A program made the position numbers and the translations under genes. Under the pieces are notes generated by a model that had not been told where the DNA came from, made no database searches, and saw nothing but the letters and a program-made list of their open reading frames with translations. A DNA stretch of 64,000 bases from Phycisphaerae bacterium. GTDB lineage: Bacteria > Planctomycetota > Phycisphaerae > UBA1845 > Fen-1342. This document shows positions 1-10,880 of the stretch, in pieces; positions within the stretch are counted from its first letter, which is position 1; each line of letters begins with the position of its first letter. The stretch is taken from the NCBI GenBank assembly GCA_050115495.1, contig JASFQK010000014.1, positions 1 through 64,000 of the forward strand, in the 5' to 3' direction.

Positions 1-125
1 GCGGACGCTGAATGGCGCGAAGCTTCTGCCGGACGTGATCGCCAGCGTCCGCTTCATCGACGGAGAAAAACCCGAGAAAGCCGCCGCCTGATCACGACGC
101 CATCAACGACTTTTGACAATAGCTC
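1..125 (+). mobile_element. Right end of an IS256-family insertion sequence (transposase C-terminus 2..91 plus terminal inverted repeat ending ~125)
   Basis: Frame 2..91 reads RTLNGAKLLPDVIASVRFIDGEKPEKAAA*, resembling the IS256 transposase C-terminus (xRLNG..LL..VI.GV.F.DG). It is followed by ...ACTTTTGACAATAGCTC, an IS256-like end. Partial at the window edge. Confidence 0.75.
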
Positions 126-126
126 G

Positions 127-1374
127 TACCTGCGGACCAACCGCCAATGCCAGGGGTACTGGACACAGCGATTGTGGCAGAATGTGCGCGACGCGCCACT
201 GCCTGTGCTGCGCGAACTCGCGACGAAGGCCTGGCTGCTGCTGTGTACGCGTGAGATCCCGCGCACATTTGACATGTACACGTACCACAACTGGTCCTGG
301 CTGCTGCGGGGGCTCGCTTTCCGCTGGGGCCCGGTCGGTTTTCCCATGGCGCTGCTCTTGCCACTCGCAGTTATCGGACTGATCGTGCAATGGAAGCGCA
401 TACCGGCGGTGATGAAGCTTTTCCTGCTGTGCTATGGCTTCTCCGTTGTGCTGGTTTTCTCCGCGGCGCGGTATCGGGCGCCGATGCTCCCGATACTGAT
501 CGTCGTGGCGATCGGCGGCGCCCAGTGGCTCGCCCAGGCCTGGCGGGGGCGGCGCTACCGTGCGCTGGGCGTTGCCGGATTGGCGGGTGGGCTCCTCGTC
601 GCCGTGGCGTCGCCGCCGTGGCGGCTGATTCCTGAGCGCACGAACTACCTGGTGGAGACGTACCTTTTTCTGGCAAACGATGGGACGGGCTCGACTGACG
701 AGCAGCCTGCGGAACAGAAGCTCACGTGGCTCGAGCGTGCCCGGGAGCTGGAGCCGGACAATCCAGAGGTGCAATTCCAGCTGGCGGCAGTGCTGCTCAG
801 CATGAACCGCGTGGACGAGGCGGTGGTAGCAGCGCGGAAGGCACTGCGCAGGGACCAACATCACGCCGGTGCCCATTACACGCTTGCGATGGCGCTCGCC
901 CGCCAGGGGCTCGCGGCCGAATCGCAGGAGAACCTGCGGGCCGCCGTCGCCATCCGGCCGGAGCGAACCGACTGGTCGGCCGTGCTCGCCCAGTGGCTGC
1001 TGCGAACGGACCGGCCACAGGAGGCCGTCGCCGTCCTGATCCAGTTCGCAGAATACGAGTGCCTCTCGCGCAGCAGCCTGGAGCAGGCGGCCCGCTGGGT
1101 CATGTCCTCTCCGGCCGGATCACGTGAGCTGCACGTCGCCATCCTGCTTGAGTTTGCCGAGGCCATCAGCACGCTCGGCAACGATCGGTCGGTGCCCGCC
1201 CTGGGCCTGCTCACGTCGGCGTATGCCCGCGCGGGGCGTTTCGAGGACGCGCTGGAAGCCGCCCACCGGGCGCAGCAGCTCGCCGAGTCGCTCGGCGACC
1301 GAGCCGCGGTCGAGGCGCTGCGTCGCCAGAGTGCGCAGTTGGCCGCCCGGGTGAATCGAGCGGGTTCTCCCTGA
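127..1374 (+). pseudogene. 3' part of a membrane glycosyltransferase (GT-C/PMT-like) with C-terminal TPR repeats, probably interrupted by the IS
   Basis: The frame is open from the IS boundary (YLRTNRQCQGYWTQRLWQNVRDAP...). It contains TM segments with the FSAARYRAP motif and then TPR-like helices, but no N-terminal GT region or clear RBS. Confidence 0.65.
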
Positions 1375-1471
1375 ATCGCCCACGTCGTCGCTCGGGTGGT
1401 GCTGGTCCCCCCGGTGCGGGCGCTGCCCCCGGCTGGAGGCAGCGCCCGGCGTCCGCCGGCCCAGCCGTGCT

Positions 1472-3283
1472 CTAGTCGGCCGAGGCTCCCCAATTGCCAA
1501 GCAGGACGCCCAAGTCGTCGTCGTTGACAACACCGTCGCCGGTGAGGTCGGCGACGGGATCCGCCGTGCCCCACGCCCCGAGCAGAATGCCCAGGTCGTC
1601 GTCGTTGACCACGCCGCTCAAATCGAGGTCGCCGTCGATGCCCACGTAGCCGTGCAGCTCGAGTGACAGACTCGTTCCCGGCATCGCGCCGAACAGGTCT
1701 GTATCATCCGATACGGCGATGGTCCACGTGGCCGAGAACCGGCCCGGGGCTCCATTCGTGTCCAGCGCCGCGAAATACGTCCGCGAGCCGCCGGGCGTGA
1801 TGGTGCCGGCCGCCACGTTCGTGTACAGGCGCGACACGTCGCCCACACCCGTCGCGCTCAGAATGTCCAGATCGGCCGTGTATCCCGGCGTATTCAGGAG
1901 GTTGTGGATGTCGAACTGCGCCTGCTGCAGTCCGCTCCCCGCGTGGAACGCACCCAGGTCGATCACGCGTGAATCGAGGTTGCTGTCAATCGCGAACGAC
2001 GCCTCGGAATGATCCAGCACCTGGTACTGCACGTCGTCCGTGACCTGATTGATCGGAACGCCCGGACTGCTGCTCGTGACGACAATCTGTCCGCTGTAAG
2101 ATCCCGTCGCGCCGGTGTCGTAGGCAATCGGATGCGTGACGCCGCCGCCCAGGGCGGCATCCACACCGGTCGCAGTGCCGCTGAGGTCGCCGGAGCCGAT
2201 CACGGCGTAGTCCAGCTCGTCCGCCCCGTTCGGCGCCACGACGTCGGCCGCGTTTTGCACGGTTACTTCGGCACAGGCGGCGGAACCGATCAGCACTCGC
2301 GCCGGCGCACTGATCGCCACGCCCAGCTTGGCCGGGACCTGGTAGTCGGCCACAACCGCGAAGTGGTCGCTGGCCGCCCAGCATTCCATCGGATCGGGCA
2401 GTCCGCCGACGTTGCCGAACACGCGGTACGTCCCGTCAATCAGATCGACGCCCGCGCCATCCGCGAACTCCAGGCTGGGGAACTGGAAGTCGATCCGCGA
2501 CCAGGCGTAGGATGAGCTGTACGTACAGTACGCCTCGTTCGGAGCCGGGAAACCGTTGCCGCCGCTGCCGTAGTAGCCCGGGGCGGTCTGCGGCCCGTGC
2601 GGATCGAAGGCCACGTGTGAGTGGCTGCCGGCGGTCACCTCGGTATAGGCACCCTCCTGTCCGGTGGTGGTGAGGTTGAAGTCGCCGACATACATGACGT
2701 GTGCGTCCGCCGGCAGCCGCACCATCGCGTCGGTCCAGATCGTCGTGTAGATCTCCATGTGCCGGGTGACTTCGTAGCTGGGATAGGCCTTCAGGTGCAC
2801 GTTGTAGACGTGGAAGTCGGCGTCGGCTCCATATCCGAGAGGCCGGAACCGACCGTACTGGGTCGGGCGATAGCCGGCCGGTGCTTCGCGCATCTCGACA
2901 AGCTGCACCTGCGTGGTGTCGTAGATGAACGCGTAGTCCTCGTAGCTGCCAGCATGGATCTGGCTCCGCACGTACGTACCGCCCCAGAGGTTGTCGCAGA
3001 TGGCCTCAATGTACGCGCCGCTCGGCGGATTGCTCTCCGGATCACGCGAGGTCCCCAGTTCGGTCAGGGCGAGGACTGCCGGGCGCTTCACGATGCCCTG
3101 GGCGTCCTCCGCGGCCATGGCCGACAGCACCGTGGTCCAGTTCGCGTCGGTGGACGAGTACGGCTTGTGGTACGTGTTCCAGGCCACCACACGCAACTGG
3201 CCCAGCGTGGGCACCGCCGCCAGGAGCAGCAGGACGCCGAGAGATGCGCAAACCGGCCAGGCTCCGTTCTGCGTACGATTCAT
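1472..3283 (-). CDS. Secreted endonuclease/exonuclease/phosphatase (DNase I-like) protein with Ig-like region and C-terminal dockerin-like domain
   Basis: Signal peptide; EEP motifs LRVVAWN, LALTE, YNVHLKA, VGDFN, RIDFQ, SDH; paired GDLxxxGVVNDDDLGxLLGxWG repeats. Confidence 0.85.
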   Translation of the reverse strand: MNRTQNGAWPVCASLGVLLLLAAVPTLGQLRVVAWNTYHKPYSSTDANWTTVLSAMAAEDAQGIVKRPAVLALTELGTSRDPESNPPSGAYIEAICDNLWGGTYVRSQIHAGSYEDYAFIYDTTQVQLVEMREAPAGYRPTQYGRFRPLGYGADADFHVYNVHLKAYPSYEVTRHMEIYTTIWTDAMVRLPADAHVMYVGDFNLTTTGQEGAYTEVTAGSHSHVAFDPHGPQTAPGYYGSGGNGFPAPNEAYCTYSSSYAWSRIDFQFPSLEFADGAGVDLIDGTYRVFGNVGGLPDPMECWAASDHFAVVADYQVPAKLGVAISAPARVLIGSAACAEVTVQNAADVVAPNGADELDYAVIGSGDLSGTATGVDAALGGGVTHPIAYDTGATGSYSGQIVVTSSSPGVPINQVTDDVQYQVLDHSEASFAIDSNLDSRVIDLGAFHAGSGLQQAQFDIHNLLNTPGYTADLDILSATGVGDVSRLYTNVAAGTITPGGSRTYFAALDTNGAPGRFSATWTIAVSDDTDLFGAMPGTSLSLELHGYVGIDGDLDLSGVVNDDDLGILLGAWGTADPVADLTGDGVVNDDDLGVLLGNWGASAD

Positions 3284-3508
3284 GTTCTTGTCCTTTCAGT
3301 CGAGATTGTGTGCGCTCCTTCGCTTCGGTCACGACCACGTGAGCCTAGTGCTGTTCGGAGAACGGAGCGCAGGCTTGTCTGTGGAAAACATTCGGGTAGG
3401 CAGACCCGAGTTCGCAGCAGGTCCACAGAGCCCGGCGAAACCGCCGCGCCCTGTGGACCCGTGCAGACCACGTGACCGTCACCGACGATCACGTTCCAGT
3501 GTCATGTG

Positions 3509-4951
3509 CTAGGGAACGTAGAGGTACCAGTCCAGCTCGGCTGGATCGCAATCCGGGCCGCTGCACTCGGTGCCCCAGGCGCCCAGCAGGATGCCGAGGT
3601 CGTCGTCGTTCACGATCCCGTCGTTATTGAGGTCGCCCACCGGACCGCTCGTGCCAAAACCGCCGAGCAACGCACCGAGGTCGTCATCGTTCACGACGCA
3701 GTCGTCGTTCAGGTCGCCCACGAGCGCGCCGCCGCCCAGCGGCATCGACCGGGCCACGTCCATGCCGGTCCACGGCGTGTACTGGGGATCACTGGCGCCC
3801 GGAACCACCGCGATGAGGCCGCCCATGAAATCGTCGATGGGATCCTCGTGACGGCTCACGAGCCAGCTGTTGCCGCTGCCGGCGTAGTTCGACCAGTACA
3901 GCTCGCAGCAACTGCTGAAGCCGATTTCACGTGGCTCGTGCGGCGCCGGCATCGAGCGCAGGCCGTCGAGGCGGAGCGTGATGTTCGAGCCGCTACGGTC
4001 GATCGTGAACCGCGCCAGGTAGCCGGCGTAGCCCAGCGTCGTAATGCCGCAGTACACGTGGTCCGGATCGCACTCCGGGCAGTACTCGATGTCCGAAACC
4101 TGGAGGCCGCCCGAGATCGCCGTAATCAACTGAGTGTTAACGACCATCCAGCCGCTGTCCACCGTCGGGGAGAACCACGTATCGCCGTCGTCATACGCAT
4201 CCTGCTCGGACGCGTCGGTCCCGGGGGGCACATCGCCGACGTACCACACGCCAACCTGCTTCGCGCTGTTCAGGAATAGGAGCGTGTTGTTGTCAAACCA
4301 CGCCGTGTTGGACGTGTTGCCGCCCGCCATCGGGAAGCCGCCGGTCACGCGCGGACCACCAACCCAGGCGCCCGCGCCGGTGCCCGGCGTGAGACCCGGA
4401 TCGTAGTCCAACACGTAGATCACGGCCGCGTCGTAGCTGGGCGACACCGCGATCTTGTCGTTGCACGGGCTGATCGACAGCCCCGTGCCGCGCTGGCTGT
4501 ACCAGTCGCCCGGCGCCGTGCCCATCTGCCCGTCCGTCTGGCCGACGAGGCCCCACAGCTCCTGGTAGTTCGCCGTGCCGTCGGTGGCGACGTTCACCAG
4601 GAACAGACCGTCCCAGGAACCGCCGAAATCGACGGCCAGCAGGTTGCCCGCGGCGTTGTGGCTGATGAAGCCGTAGTTGTCGAACTCGATGCCCTGGAGC
4701 CAGTCCGGGTCAGTCGGGTCGTAGGTGTACATCCGACCGTCGCCATCGCCCTGGTCCGCCCACGCACCCTGGACCGTGTACGCGGGGGGCCCCATCAGGC
4801 AGTCCGCGTCCGGCGTCAGGTGGAGCATGGTCGGGCCGTCGTAGCCCTCGTCGGTGCTCGTGCCCAGAACGATGTCGTTCTGCGCGATCTGGCTGAACGC
4901 GCAGGTCGCGCACAGTGTGATCATGCCCAGTGTCGCAATCAGTCTCATCAT
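3509..4951 (-). CDS. Secreted acidic protein (possible beta-propeller) with C-terminal dockerin-like domain
   Basis: Signal peptide MMRLIATLGMITLCATCAFS after a GGGAG RBS; two GDLNxDxxVNDDDLGxLLG repeats at the C-terminus. Confidence 0.8.
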   Translation of the reverse strand: MMRLIATLGMITLCATCAFSQIAQNDIVLGTSTDEGYDGPTMLHLTPDADCLMGPPAYTVQGAWADQGDGDGRMYTYDPTDPDWLQGIEFDNYGFISHNAAGNLLAVDFGGSWDGLFLVNVATDGTANYQELWGLVGQTDGQMGTAPGDWYSQRGTGLSISPCNDKIAVSPSYDAAVIYVLDYDPGLTPGTGAGAWVGGPRVTGGFPMAGGNTSNTAWFDNNTLLFLNSAKQVGVWYVGDVPPGTDASEQDAYDDGDTWFSPTVDSGWMVVNTQLITAISGGLQVSDIEYCPECDPDHVYCGITTLGYAGYLARFTIDRSGSNITLRLDGLRSMPAPHEPREIGFSSCCELYWSNYAGSGNSWLVSRHEDPIDDFMGGLIAVVPGASDPQYTPWTGMDVARSMPLGGGALVGDLNDDCVVNDDDLGALLGGFGTSGPVGDLNNDGIVNDDDLGILLGAWGTECSGPDCDPAELDWYLYVP

Positions 4952-7424
4952 GGTTTCAGTCTCCCGGTTGTTGGCAGTTAGTGCCCGGGTACGCACCCGG
5001 GCCACGTCCGAAGATTCGCCTTCGGACCCACACGCAGGTCACGCACTCTGCACCGGCTGCTTCGCCGCTGCCGGCCCTTCGCCAGGCTCATGCCTTGGCG
5101 ACCGACAGTGACGCCGGTGTACGTGGCCTTGGCCACGGCGCCCCAGCGAACGCCGCTGCCCCGTCGGCGGGATGCCCCTACGGTGTCTCTCGCCGACCTA
5201 CCTGGCAAACGTCTTACCACCTCCTTTCGTACGCAATGCAGCTTCTCGTTTGTGGCCATGGCAGTTTCACGAATGGCGGCCGTCGCCGCTTCGGGACGTC
5301 CAATCCGCCATCCCGTCATGTCGAGCCCGCAGCCTGCGGTCCACGGCAACGACGCGGCCACCGTGGCCTCACCCCACGCTGCGCGTCGGGATTCCCGCCA
5401 CCAATTGAGCACACCGACGGTCACCGCGCCGGCCTTGTCTGCGGTACGCGGCTGCCCGCATTCCCACGGCGAGTTCCTACAGCCACCGCCCGTCGTCCGA
5501 ACGCAGCATCCCACGCCCGCCCCCCTGCCCCCCGCAGCACGTACAACCCGACCACGACGCGCTCGCTCATTACCTGCACTCGACACCATATGCGTGTGCC
5601 TGACACCCATCCCATGCTACACGTCCACGTGAAGCACTCGTGCATGTTCAGGTGAATAATGCGTCATACCACTATTTCACCCAGCAGCGCCGCGCGGCGC
5701 TGCGCGGGCGGTTGCTGAGTGTTGCTGTGGTCTTTCTTGTAGTCATCATGGTCAGACGGCCGCCGCCTTGCAGCATACTCAACAGCTCCATTCGCAACGT
5801 CGCACGTCTGCCCATCGTCGCTCCGATTGAACTCCCAAAGGCCCGGGCAGCGAGTGGCGCTGCCCGGGCCCTGTGTGAGGGAGGAGGAGGAAGGAAGTGC
5901 TGGTCGGGTAATGCACGTGGCGTGCCGGGAGCGCCTCCAGTTCCCGCATCTTCTGCAACCCCTTGTACCGCAGCGCGATACGCGCATTCACCGCGTAGCA
6001 TGCCTGCGCGTCGTCGGCGTTCCACCGCGCCGCCGCGGCGCAGCGCGGCGCGCACGACACGAGGCCGCGACAGCAGTGCCGGCTTCTGCGGCAGCATGCG
6101 GAACGGCCCGATGTCAGCCGGGGGAGGACGCCGCGCCACCAGGCTGTGCCGTAGCATCGTGCTGTATCGCCAGATGCGTGGGCGGATCTTTGGTGCCCAA
6201 CACGCTTGGGCAGGCATGTGTGAACAAGTGATGAATTCGGCGCTACTTCGCGAACACGAACGGCCCACGCGGTCCGTGCTGTGGCGAGGAGCAGGGACCG
6301 GAGCGTCCGTAGCGCGGCAGTCCGTGGTGGATGTGCGCCTGTTTCAGCCGCGTGCCCGACAACGGTAGCGCGCGTGGCAAGAGGCTCTTGCAACAGCAGT
6401 TACGCGGTCTGCGGATGAGCTGAGCCATCGCCGCGAAACAACGGCGTGCTGCGCGCGGCGCCGCGCGCGACAGTTCGCTGCATACCCGCGCGACAACGGT
6501 CGCCAGGCGCGTTCAGCGCGGTACGCGGACAACGCAGGATGCGCGTGTGCTTGACCTAGGCAATCGTATCTTCCTACAACCGGATGTGCTGATCTTTGTC
6601 CTGACGGCAGCCCGGGGCTGTAGGGAACGGGAGGAGTGTTTGCATGTGCTCGCCATCTCCATCCGTCGAAAGTCGCTGCGGTGATACGCGCACAGCGTCC
6701 CGGACATGCATGGCCGCACGCTCCATTGCCGCACGGCGCGGCGTCCGTGCGGCTGGCGTACGAACAAAACAGGTATGGCTTCTTCGCGCAACCTTCAGAG
6801 AGTGTTGCTTGCGACGGCGCGCGGCGACGGCGCGACAGCATGCGAAATGACGGCGCCGACGAGCGGGCCGAGCGCTAAGTCGCTGCGCCATCACACGTTG
6901 CTCGGCAGATGCCGAAGGGACGCAAGCCCTGGCATGGCAGTTGCTGTAGCAGTCGTACGCTTCCCCCGCGCGGTTGCTTCGATGGTCATACGGGTCGCAT
7001 GCGATTGTGCTCTCCGGACCACGAGTCGTGGCTCCGGTTGACGGGACGTGCCGCGGTGTTGCTGTACCTTCGTTCGCATGAGTGCGACGTTATCGATGTC
7101 GTGCGGCTCCCTGGTGCGCAACGAGATGCAGCCACCCGCGGTGGCGGCCCGATTGCGAAATAGCGCAAGCGAGGCGCTGAGTAGTGCGGGATTGTGGCGG
7201 GCGCACCGCAGTGTGCCCGTCGGTGAGGAAAGTGGACAACACGTGCAGCCTGATGGCCGTGCAATATGTGGACTGAGGACAGAAGCTTCTCGATGTGGCA
7301 AGCAGAGCACGGCGCGTTGGCAACGTGACTGTTAGGACGGGAGATCGAGTAGCGTAATCTCGACCCGGGTACTTTCAGGTCGTAGGGTAGAAACCCTGAG
7401 CAAGCACAGGAAAGGACACGAAAC

Positions 7425-8081
7425 ATGAAGAAGGGACTGACGATTCTGGCAGTGCTGGCCCTGGCCAGCAGTGCATTTGCCGATGTCATCACGGTTACGC
7501 CGTACGAGGGCACGGTCACTGACGACGTGCTGCCGCAGCTCTACTACGAGTTCACACGCGTCAGTGCCGATGCCGAGTACTCGACGTGGCAGGTCAACGT
7601 GACCGGCGACCTCGACTGGACCAACGGCCGTCTGTCGAACATGGCCGATACGCCGGCGACCCCTGGCGTCACCGGCCCGGGCATCCCCGTGTACGATCCC
7701 GGCGACCAGCCGTTCGGTTACTGGGCCAATGGTTCGTTCGGCGGCAACGGCACGTTCTTCGGCGACCCGACCGGTGACTTCATGAGCACCGCCGGCTCGC
7801 CGGTGTGGCCGACCACGCCCGGTCAAGGGGACATCTCCCTGAGCTATTTCCACACGTCGACGGACGACACCGATCTGAATCAGGTCTTGACGGCCCAGCT
7901 CATGTTCCCGAACGAGTACACGGGTAACGTCTACATCGCCCAGTACTTCGGTGCGAACAAGCTGTCGAACGAGTGGGAAATCGGGTACTCCGAGGCCATG
8001 GGCGGCCACTACCTGGTGCCCGAGCCCAGCGCGCTGTCGCTGCTGGTGCTGGGTGCCTTCGCTGCCCTCCGCCGCCGCTAG
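7425..8081 (+). CDS. PEP-CTERM sorting domain protein
   Basis: Signal peptide; C-terminal VPEPSALSLLVLGAFAALRRR; AAGGA RBS. Confidence 0.92.
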   Translation: MKKGLTILAVLALASSAFADVITVTPYEGTVTDDVLPQLYYEFTRVSADAEYSTWQVNVTGDLDWTNGRLSNMADTPATPGVTGPGIPVYDPGDQPFGYWANGSFGGNGTFFGDPTGDFMSTAGSPVWPTTPGQGDISLSYFHTSTDDTDLNQVLTAQLMFPNEYTGNVYIAQYFGANKLSNEWEIGYSEAMGGHYLVPEPSALSLLVLGAFAALRRR

Positions 8082-8190
8082 GACCTGTGCGTAGGTTGAG
8101 TGCCCCACCCTGGAACGTCCAGATGAGCTCCGAAACGCCGCGTAACACTCCGCCGAGCGGCAAAGGCGAACGGGAGCGGCCGATGGCAAG

Positions 8191-8622
8191 TCACACGTCC
8201 AGCTCTCCGTGAGGCGCTCTTCCAGCGTGCAGCGCTTTGGATGAATACTTGAGAGGCGGGTCGAAAGGCCCGCCTCTTCTTCGTTGACGTACGGGTCCAG
8301 CGGGTCTCGCGCGGGGCGAGATGGGCCGTGATGCGTGGGCGTACAAGCCACCGTCCTCCTGTGAAGCCAGATCGGTGACGCGGCGCTTTGCGAGCCCGTC
8401 CGCAGGACGCGCTGGGCGTGTACAGTCTGGCGCCTGACAGCCGGCCCGTTCCCACTCGACGAGCAGCCGGGCGTACGCGGCCCGACTTTCGGCTGTCCCG
8501 TACGGTCCGAGCCAGTAGTCCCGCCGGCGGCCGGTGTCCCAGTCCCGAAGCGTTACGACGGCAATTTCACGGCCGCGGACCAAGCGTTTGCGGTGGGCGG
8601 GCGGCGTGGATTGACGGGGCAT
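8191..8622 (-). pseudogene. N-terminal remnant of a second tyrosine integrase (older element at the same tRNA site)
   Basis: MPRQSTPPAHRKRLVRGREIAVVTLRD..GRRRDYWLGPYGTAESRAAYARLLVEWE matches the N-terminus typical of planctomycete integrases (AVVTL..RDYYLGPYGS..S...Y.RL..EW). No catalytic domain follows. Confidence 0.7.
8252..8283 (+). terminator. Probable intrinsic terminator hairpin
   Basis: AGAGGCGGGTC-GAAA-GGCCCGCCTCT followed by TCTTCGTT, downstream of the PEP-CTERM gene. Confidence 0.5.
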
Positions 8623-8725
8623 TGCGCGGTCCTTTGCACGCTCCGCGCAATTGGCCTTGCTTTGCCACGCTCTGCCGCAAGGAGAGGTAAGCACAGGTCG
8701 CGCTTTCAGCGTGAATTACATCAAT

Positions 8726-8746
8726 TGGGCGGCACAGGACCCGAAC
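8726..8746. repeat. att direct repeat (copy of the tRNA-Val 3' end), left boundary of the integrated element
   Basis: TGGGCGGCACAGGACCCGAAC versus TGGGCGGCACAGGACTCGAAC at 20991-21011 (20/21 identical). Confidence 0.9.
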
Positions 8747-9690
8747 ACGTCTACCGATTCCGCGGGAAAAGGGCAAGCGGCGAGCACAGGCGCAGCAAAA
8801 AGCGCAGCAGAATCCGGCGGTTCGCCCGCCGGAACGGCTCCCGAGAACCCGCCCCGGGCCCCCGCCGACGCTGCTGGCGAGCCGGCCGCCGGGCCCATCG
8901 CCGACGAGACCGGCCAGCCCGCCCACGAGGCCGCCCCCGGGCCGGCGGGGACGAGCTTCACCGCGGCCCTGGACATGCTAGCCCGGCTCCCGCTGTCCGA
9001 CGCCGAACGGGCCGAAGCCGTCCGGCGGCTGCTGGCCGGGGTGGCGGCCCGCCAGCCGGAGTAGGCCGCCGACCGATCCCGAAGCCCCCGCAAACCGCCC
9101 ACAACCAACCCCCGCGACGCCACAACCGCCGCACGAGATAGCCGTCCCTGCCCAGAATCGACCCGTGGACGGACCTTCTCGCCGTCGGCTGTACCCCACG
9201 TCGGGTCGAACGCCGATCGGCGATTCTGCGCCCCCTAGTCCGTGTTCTCGACACACCGTGCGGGCGACCTGCGCAGTACCAGCGGAACCGCCCAAGGGGG
9301 CCCCACGAGCCGGCGGAAACGTCGCCAGCCCCCCGTCGCGCAGCCGGCCGGAACACGCACTTATCCCCTTCCTCGGACGCACCCCTCGCCGATTTCGGCG
9401 GTCCGGTCGGGCACGGGGGTTTGTATACTGGAGTTGCTCCCGGAAGCCGACGGGGCGGCGCAGGCGAGCCAGACCGTTCGGGGCACGCCGGACAAGGCAT
9501 ATCGAGGCGCACGCGGAGAGGTAAGCCACGTGTGGCTGGAACGTCAAGCGAAGCGGAAGGGGCTGACCGTGAAAGCCGCGGCGTCAAGCTGCGTGGTCCT
9601 GGTGGGTCCGGCGTCTGCGTGGCCCCTTGTTCTGATGGTCTTTGAGAACCCATCATTCACTGAGCCGTTCGACTTGAGTTTCAGTTGAGA

Positions 9691-10860
9691 TCAGCTCTCA
9701 TCCTCGAAGTCCTGTGGATGAATGTGTTCGCTGTGCCGCGTGACGCCCGCTGCGAAGAAGCCCCCGCATCGCGTGCGCACAGCACACTCAGCACAGATCG
9801 GTAGGTACTCTCGCTTCCAGTCAGAGATGCTCATACAGCAATAGCGCCAGAGCTCGTGGTCGAGCGTGCACAACTGGTGATTGTATATGACAACGCGCAT
9901 TCGTCTCTGAGTTAAGTACTCTACGGCGTCCCGCAGTGTCCGGCGATAGTCGTACGGGTCGACCCACAGCAGATCGAGATTGCGTCTCGCTAGACCGATC
10001 GACTCCATTCCCATCATTGCAACCTGCCGAACGAACGGCATGTTCCGAGCAATGAACTCGGCGATGCCCAACAGGCGGTTGACGTTGAGGTTGTGAATGA
10101 CAACGCGCACCTCAACATCAATACCGCAGCGTCTGAGATTCACTATGCCGCGCACGGTCTGGTAGAAAGCCCCGCAGCGCTGCGCGATCCAGTCATGCTG
10201 ATGCACGAGATCTGAATGCAGCGGCACTCCAACCACAAGATCCGGGTGCCGAATCGCGCCGAGGGCTCGCGCCAGGCTGAGATAGGCGAACATGCGCCCG
10301 TTCGACAAGACGTGTAGCGCGGTCTCCGGGAGAAACGCCTTCGAGGCTCTCACAATCGACAGCATGCCCTCTGGCTCTAGGGTCGGCTCCCCGCCGGTGA
10401 CTCCCAATGCAGCGGTCTCGCGATCGATCAGCGGAATCAACCGAAGACACTCTTCGATGCACCCGCCTTCATCGTTAACCTTGGGCGGCTGCGAGCACAT
10501 CAGACACCCGCAGTTGCAGCGATTCGTTAGGAAGAGCGCGTTATGCTGGGAGTTCCTTCGGTACAGGACGCGGATACGTCCGGTGGTCGGCGAGAAGTGC
10601 ACGACGTCCCCGTCCCTCAAGTACTGCAGCGCCCCGGGCACACTTACGACGGACAGCCCGGTCTCCGTGTCAGTTGCCGTCGAGTCGGGTCCCGGGCGGA
10701 AGTAGCAAAGGAAGCCCGGTGGAACATCGCTGTCACCTGGACTCATCCAGTACCCGTGACGTGCGCGGAGCGCCCGCGGCAGATGAGCATTCTCAGAGAG
10801 CCGAACGAGGATGTCTGGCCCCGACCAACGCGTCGGAGACGAAGCACTTAGGCTCAGCAC
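9691..10860 (-). CDS. hxsC: His-Xaa-Ser system radical SAM maturase HxsC
   Basis: LFLTNRCNCGCLMCSQPP (CxxxCxxC), GVTGGEPT, SISDWK and a C-terminal CAECAVRTRCGG; lies directly after hxsB. Confidence 0.9.
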   Translation of the reverse strand: MLSLSASSPTRWSGPDILVRLSENAHLPRALRARHGYWMSPGDSDVPPGFLCYFRPGPDSTATDTETGLSVVSVPGALQYLRDGDVVHFSPTTGRIRVLYRRNSQHNALFLTNRCNCGCLMCSQPPKVNDEGGCIEECLRLIPLIDRETAALGVTGGEPTLEPEGMLSIVRASKAFLPETALHVLSNGRMFAYLSLARALGAIRHPDLVVGVPLHSDLVHQHDWIAQRCGAFYQTVRGIVNLRRCGIDVEVRVVIHNLNVNRLLGIAEFIARNMPFVRQVAMMGMESIGLARRNLDLLWVDPYDYRRTLRDAVEYLTQRRMRVVIYNHQLCTLDHELWRYCCMSISDWKREYLPICAECAVRTRCGGFFAAGVTRHSEHIHPQDFEDES

Positions 10861-10880
10861 ATTCGTTCCTCAACACCTTC

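Noticed and set aside
8681..9526. 12-bp repeat GGAGAGGTAAGC at 8681 and 9515
   Set aside because: Single short match with no associated boundary or structure; cannot be separated from chance.
9242..9688. 148-aa ORF convergent with hxsC
   Set aside because: No clear start or RBS and no recognisable domain; only the last ~50 codons look protein-like.
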